Assembly (NCBI RefSeq): GCF_037042905.1
Contig: NC_087260.1
Span: forward strand, 4,898,001-4,962,000
Reading direction: 5' to 3'
Origin: Lytechinus pictus
Taxonomy: Eukaryota
DNA length: 64,000 nt
Shown here: piece by piece, positions 62,010 to 64,000 of the stretch
Layout of the letters: each line of letters begins with the position of its first letter
Position numbering within the stretch: the stretch's first letter is position 1
Notes under the pieces: generated by a model
Seen by the model: only the letters and a program-made list of their open reading frames with translations
Told to the model about the DNA's origin: nothing
Database searches by the model: none
Program-made: the position numbers and the translations under genes

Positions 62010-63352
62010 CATGGGTGTCGATCACGGGGGGGATGGGGGGATATATCCCCCCAATATTTCAAGTGGGGGGGGATGGCCTGTATTATCATCCCCCCAATAA
62101 TTCAGGGTAGAAAAATTGTAATAATGATGATGAAAAAATTCAAAAGTTTGAAAATGGTGATTATAATGATGATTATAGTATGCCATCAATCAGTTTGTTT
62201 CCCTCGCAATTTGTGTATATTGTTATTAAATAAAAACATTATTTTCCAGGACTTTTAAACAGATGGGTGGAGGTTCAAGATGAAAAAGAATGAAATGTTT
62301 ATGTACCTGTTTTCAATATACTTCCTCGCACTTCGAATTATTATTTTATGTGCAATAGTATGCTTCTTTTCATGACTACTTAAAGTGATTGCCACATTTA
62401 AGGGTCTTAATATAAAAAATTTCTTGTCCGTGCTTATGTTCGCATTAGTGAGATATGTCTGCTCTCCATGAATTCCTAGAAACAGTCCTTAAAATGTCCC
62501 TTTTTCTGATCTCAATATAAAGAAATTTCAGGTCGCGCTTCGCGCTCGCATCATTTGGTTAATGAAATACGTATGGTCTTAGTGAATTCCTACAAACAAG
62601 CTATAGAATGCCCCTTTTCAGGTCAGAATTTCCTAAATTTTCAACTCGCGCTCGCAATATTTGATTATTGAGATGCGTAAATAATCATGATTACAATGAC
62701 TTCAAGTGTTTCATGTGTAATTCTAACAAAATCAGCTAGCGCTTAGCACTCGCATTAGATGACTGTGGTGAGATATGTAGTGGACTGGATTCCTTAAATA
62801 TAGTCTTTAAAATATCCCTGTTTGGGATCAATATATACAAAAATTTCAGCTCGCGCTCGCATTGTTTAGCGAGACAGGTACGTATCATGATTACAAAAAG
62901 TTGATTATCATGTCCCTTTTTACGTCCGAATATCAAAAATTTTAAGCTCGCGCTTCGCACTCGCATTATTTCATCTGTGAGATACATATCTGTTTAATAT
63001 ATGGCACTGTCCTTAAAATGTATATTAGGTCAGTATACCTGGCAACTGAGCGCGCTTTGCACGCTCATAAGTGACTCAAAATTTTTACTGGTGCCCCCAA
63101 TTCCATGACCCACGGTACGCCACTGGGCTTACTTGTAACACAAATTGAATTTTTAAAAAAATTATATAAATACAGTACACTGCAACAATGAAGGAATTTC
63201 CAAGCATGCCAAGAGCACCATGCATATCAACCACTTCCAAATGTCATAACTTGTGATTTTAGTGGGGGTAATATTGAAAGATCCCCATCCACATGAATAT
63301 TTGTGTCAATCATCCCCCCCCCCCCAACCAAGAATACCGATCGACACCCATG
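62010..63352. mobile_element. Composite non-autonomous hAT element
   Basis: TIR CATGGGTGTCGATC / GATCGACACCCATG; perfect TSD AAAGGGAA; contains the body and right end (GGTACGCCACTG, ~63125) of the 17429-22181 family. Confidence 0.9.
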
Positions 63353-63445
63353 AAAGGGAATATGCATGTCTGCTGGATAGATTGTTTCAAGTTTACCCAA
63401 TATTTGGTTAACTTTTTTTAGAGTGTACCGACTCCTTCTAAAGAG

Positions 63446-63989
63446 CAGTGGCGTACCTAGGATTTTCCACAGGGGGGGGAATCGGCCGCCAAAAAATGTG
63501 ACAAGCAAAAAAAAGGTCTTCAAAAAAAAATAAAGGTTTTCGTACCAGAAAAAAAATGAAAAGCAAAAAAAATAAAAAAGGGCTTTAATAAAAAAATAAA
63601 GGTTTTCGTACCAGAAAAAAAAATGAAGAGCAAAAAAAAGTCTTCGAGCTCGTCAGGGGGGAATAAAGGTCTTCAAGCTCGTCGGGGGGGGAGGGGGCAA
63701 TAAAGTCTTTTATCCATTATACTGTGATCCATTATACCATGAATATGTGATCCATTATACCATGAATCTGTGATCCATTATACCATGAATGTGATCCATT
63801 ATACCATGAATGTTTTGTTATGTATATTTTGATGAAAAGGATCAATAAAACATGAATTACAAAAAAAAAATAAAGTCTTTTAAGCTCGTCAGGGGGGGCA
63901 GGTATATGTTTTTTGTATGGGTTGTGGCGCGTCAGGGGGGGGGGCAGAGTGCCCCCTGCCCCCCCCCCCCCCCCGTAGGTACGTTAGTG
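63446..63989. mobile_element. hAT MITE with an internal ~24-bp minisatellite (63710-63810)
   Basis: CAGTGGCGTACCTA / TAGGTACGTTAGTG; TSD CTAAAGAG/TTAAAGAG; TGTGATCCATTATACCATGAAT repeats. Confidence 0.78.
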
Positions 63990-64000
63990 TTAAAGAGTGT

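Overview
AT-rich, intron-containing, repeat-dense animal genomic DNA. The SINE and MITE families and the gene content look echinoderm (sea-urchin-like); this is an inference. Host genes: (i) six + strand exons of a CHST15/GalNAc4S-6ST-like sulfotransferase (9668-25534, N-terminal exon not found, one GC-AG intron); (ii) an RGG-repeat basic exon missed by the ORF track (49883-50229, +); (iii) a small orphan gene on the - strand (58182-61387). Mobile DNA: a decayed intron-containing hAT transposase, many hAT, Harbinger, Tc1/pogo and CACTA-type MITEs (several nested), tRNA-derived SINEs, CR1/L2/RTE LINE pieces, a solo LTR, and a young BEL/Pao retrotransposon with an intact 1942-aa gag-pol. The most unusual feature is the structure of that BEL/Pao insertion: full LTR(+), a 13-bp palindromic spacer TAATGG-T-CCATTA, full LTR(-), PPT, gag-pol(-), and a 706-bp truncated LTR. 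The whole 9.9-kb unit runs TG...CA and is flanked by one 5-bp direct repeat (CGTGT). It resembles an unfolded, hairpin-linked reverse-transcription intermediate that was integrated as one piece, but an assembly fold-back must be excluded. All coordinates were read by eye and no database search was run.
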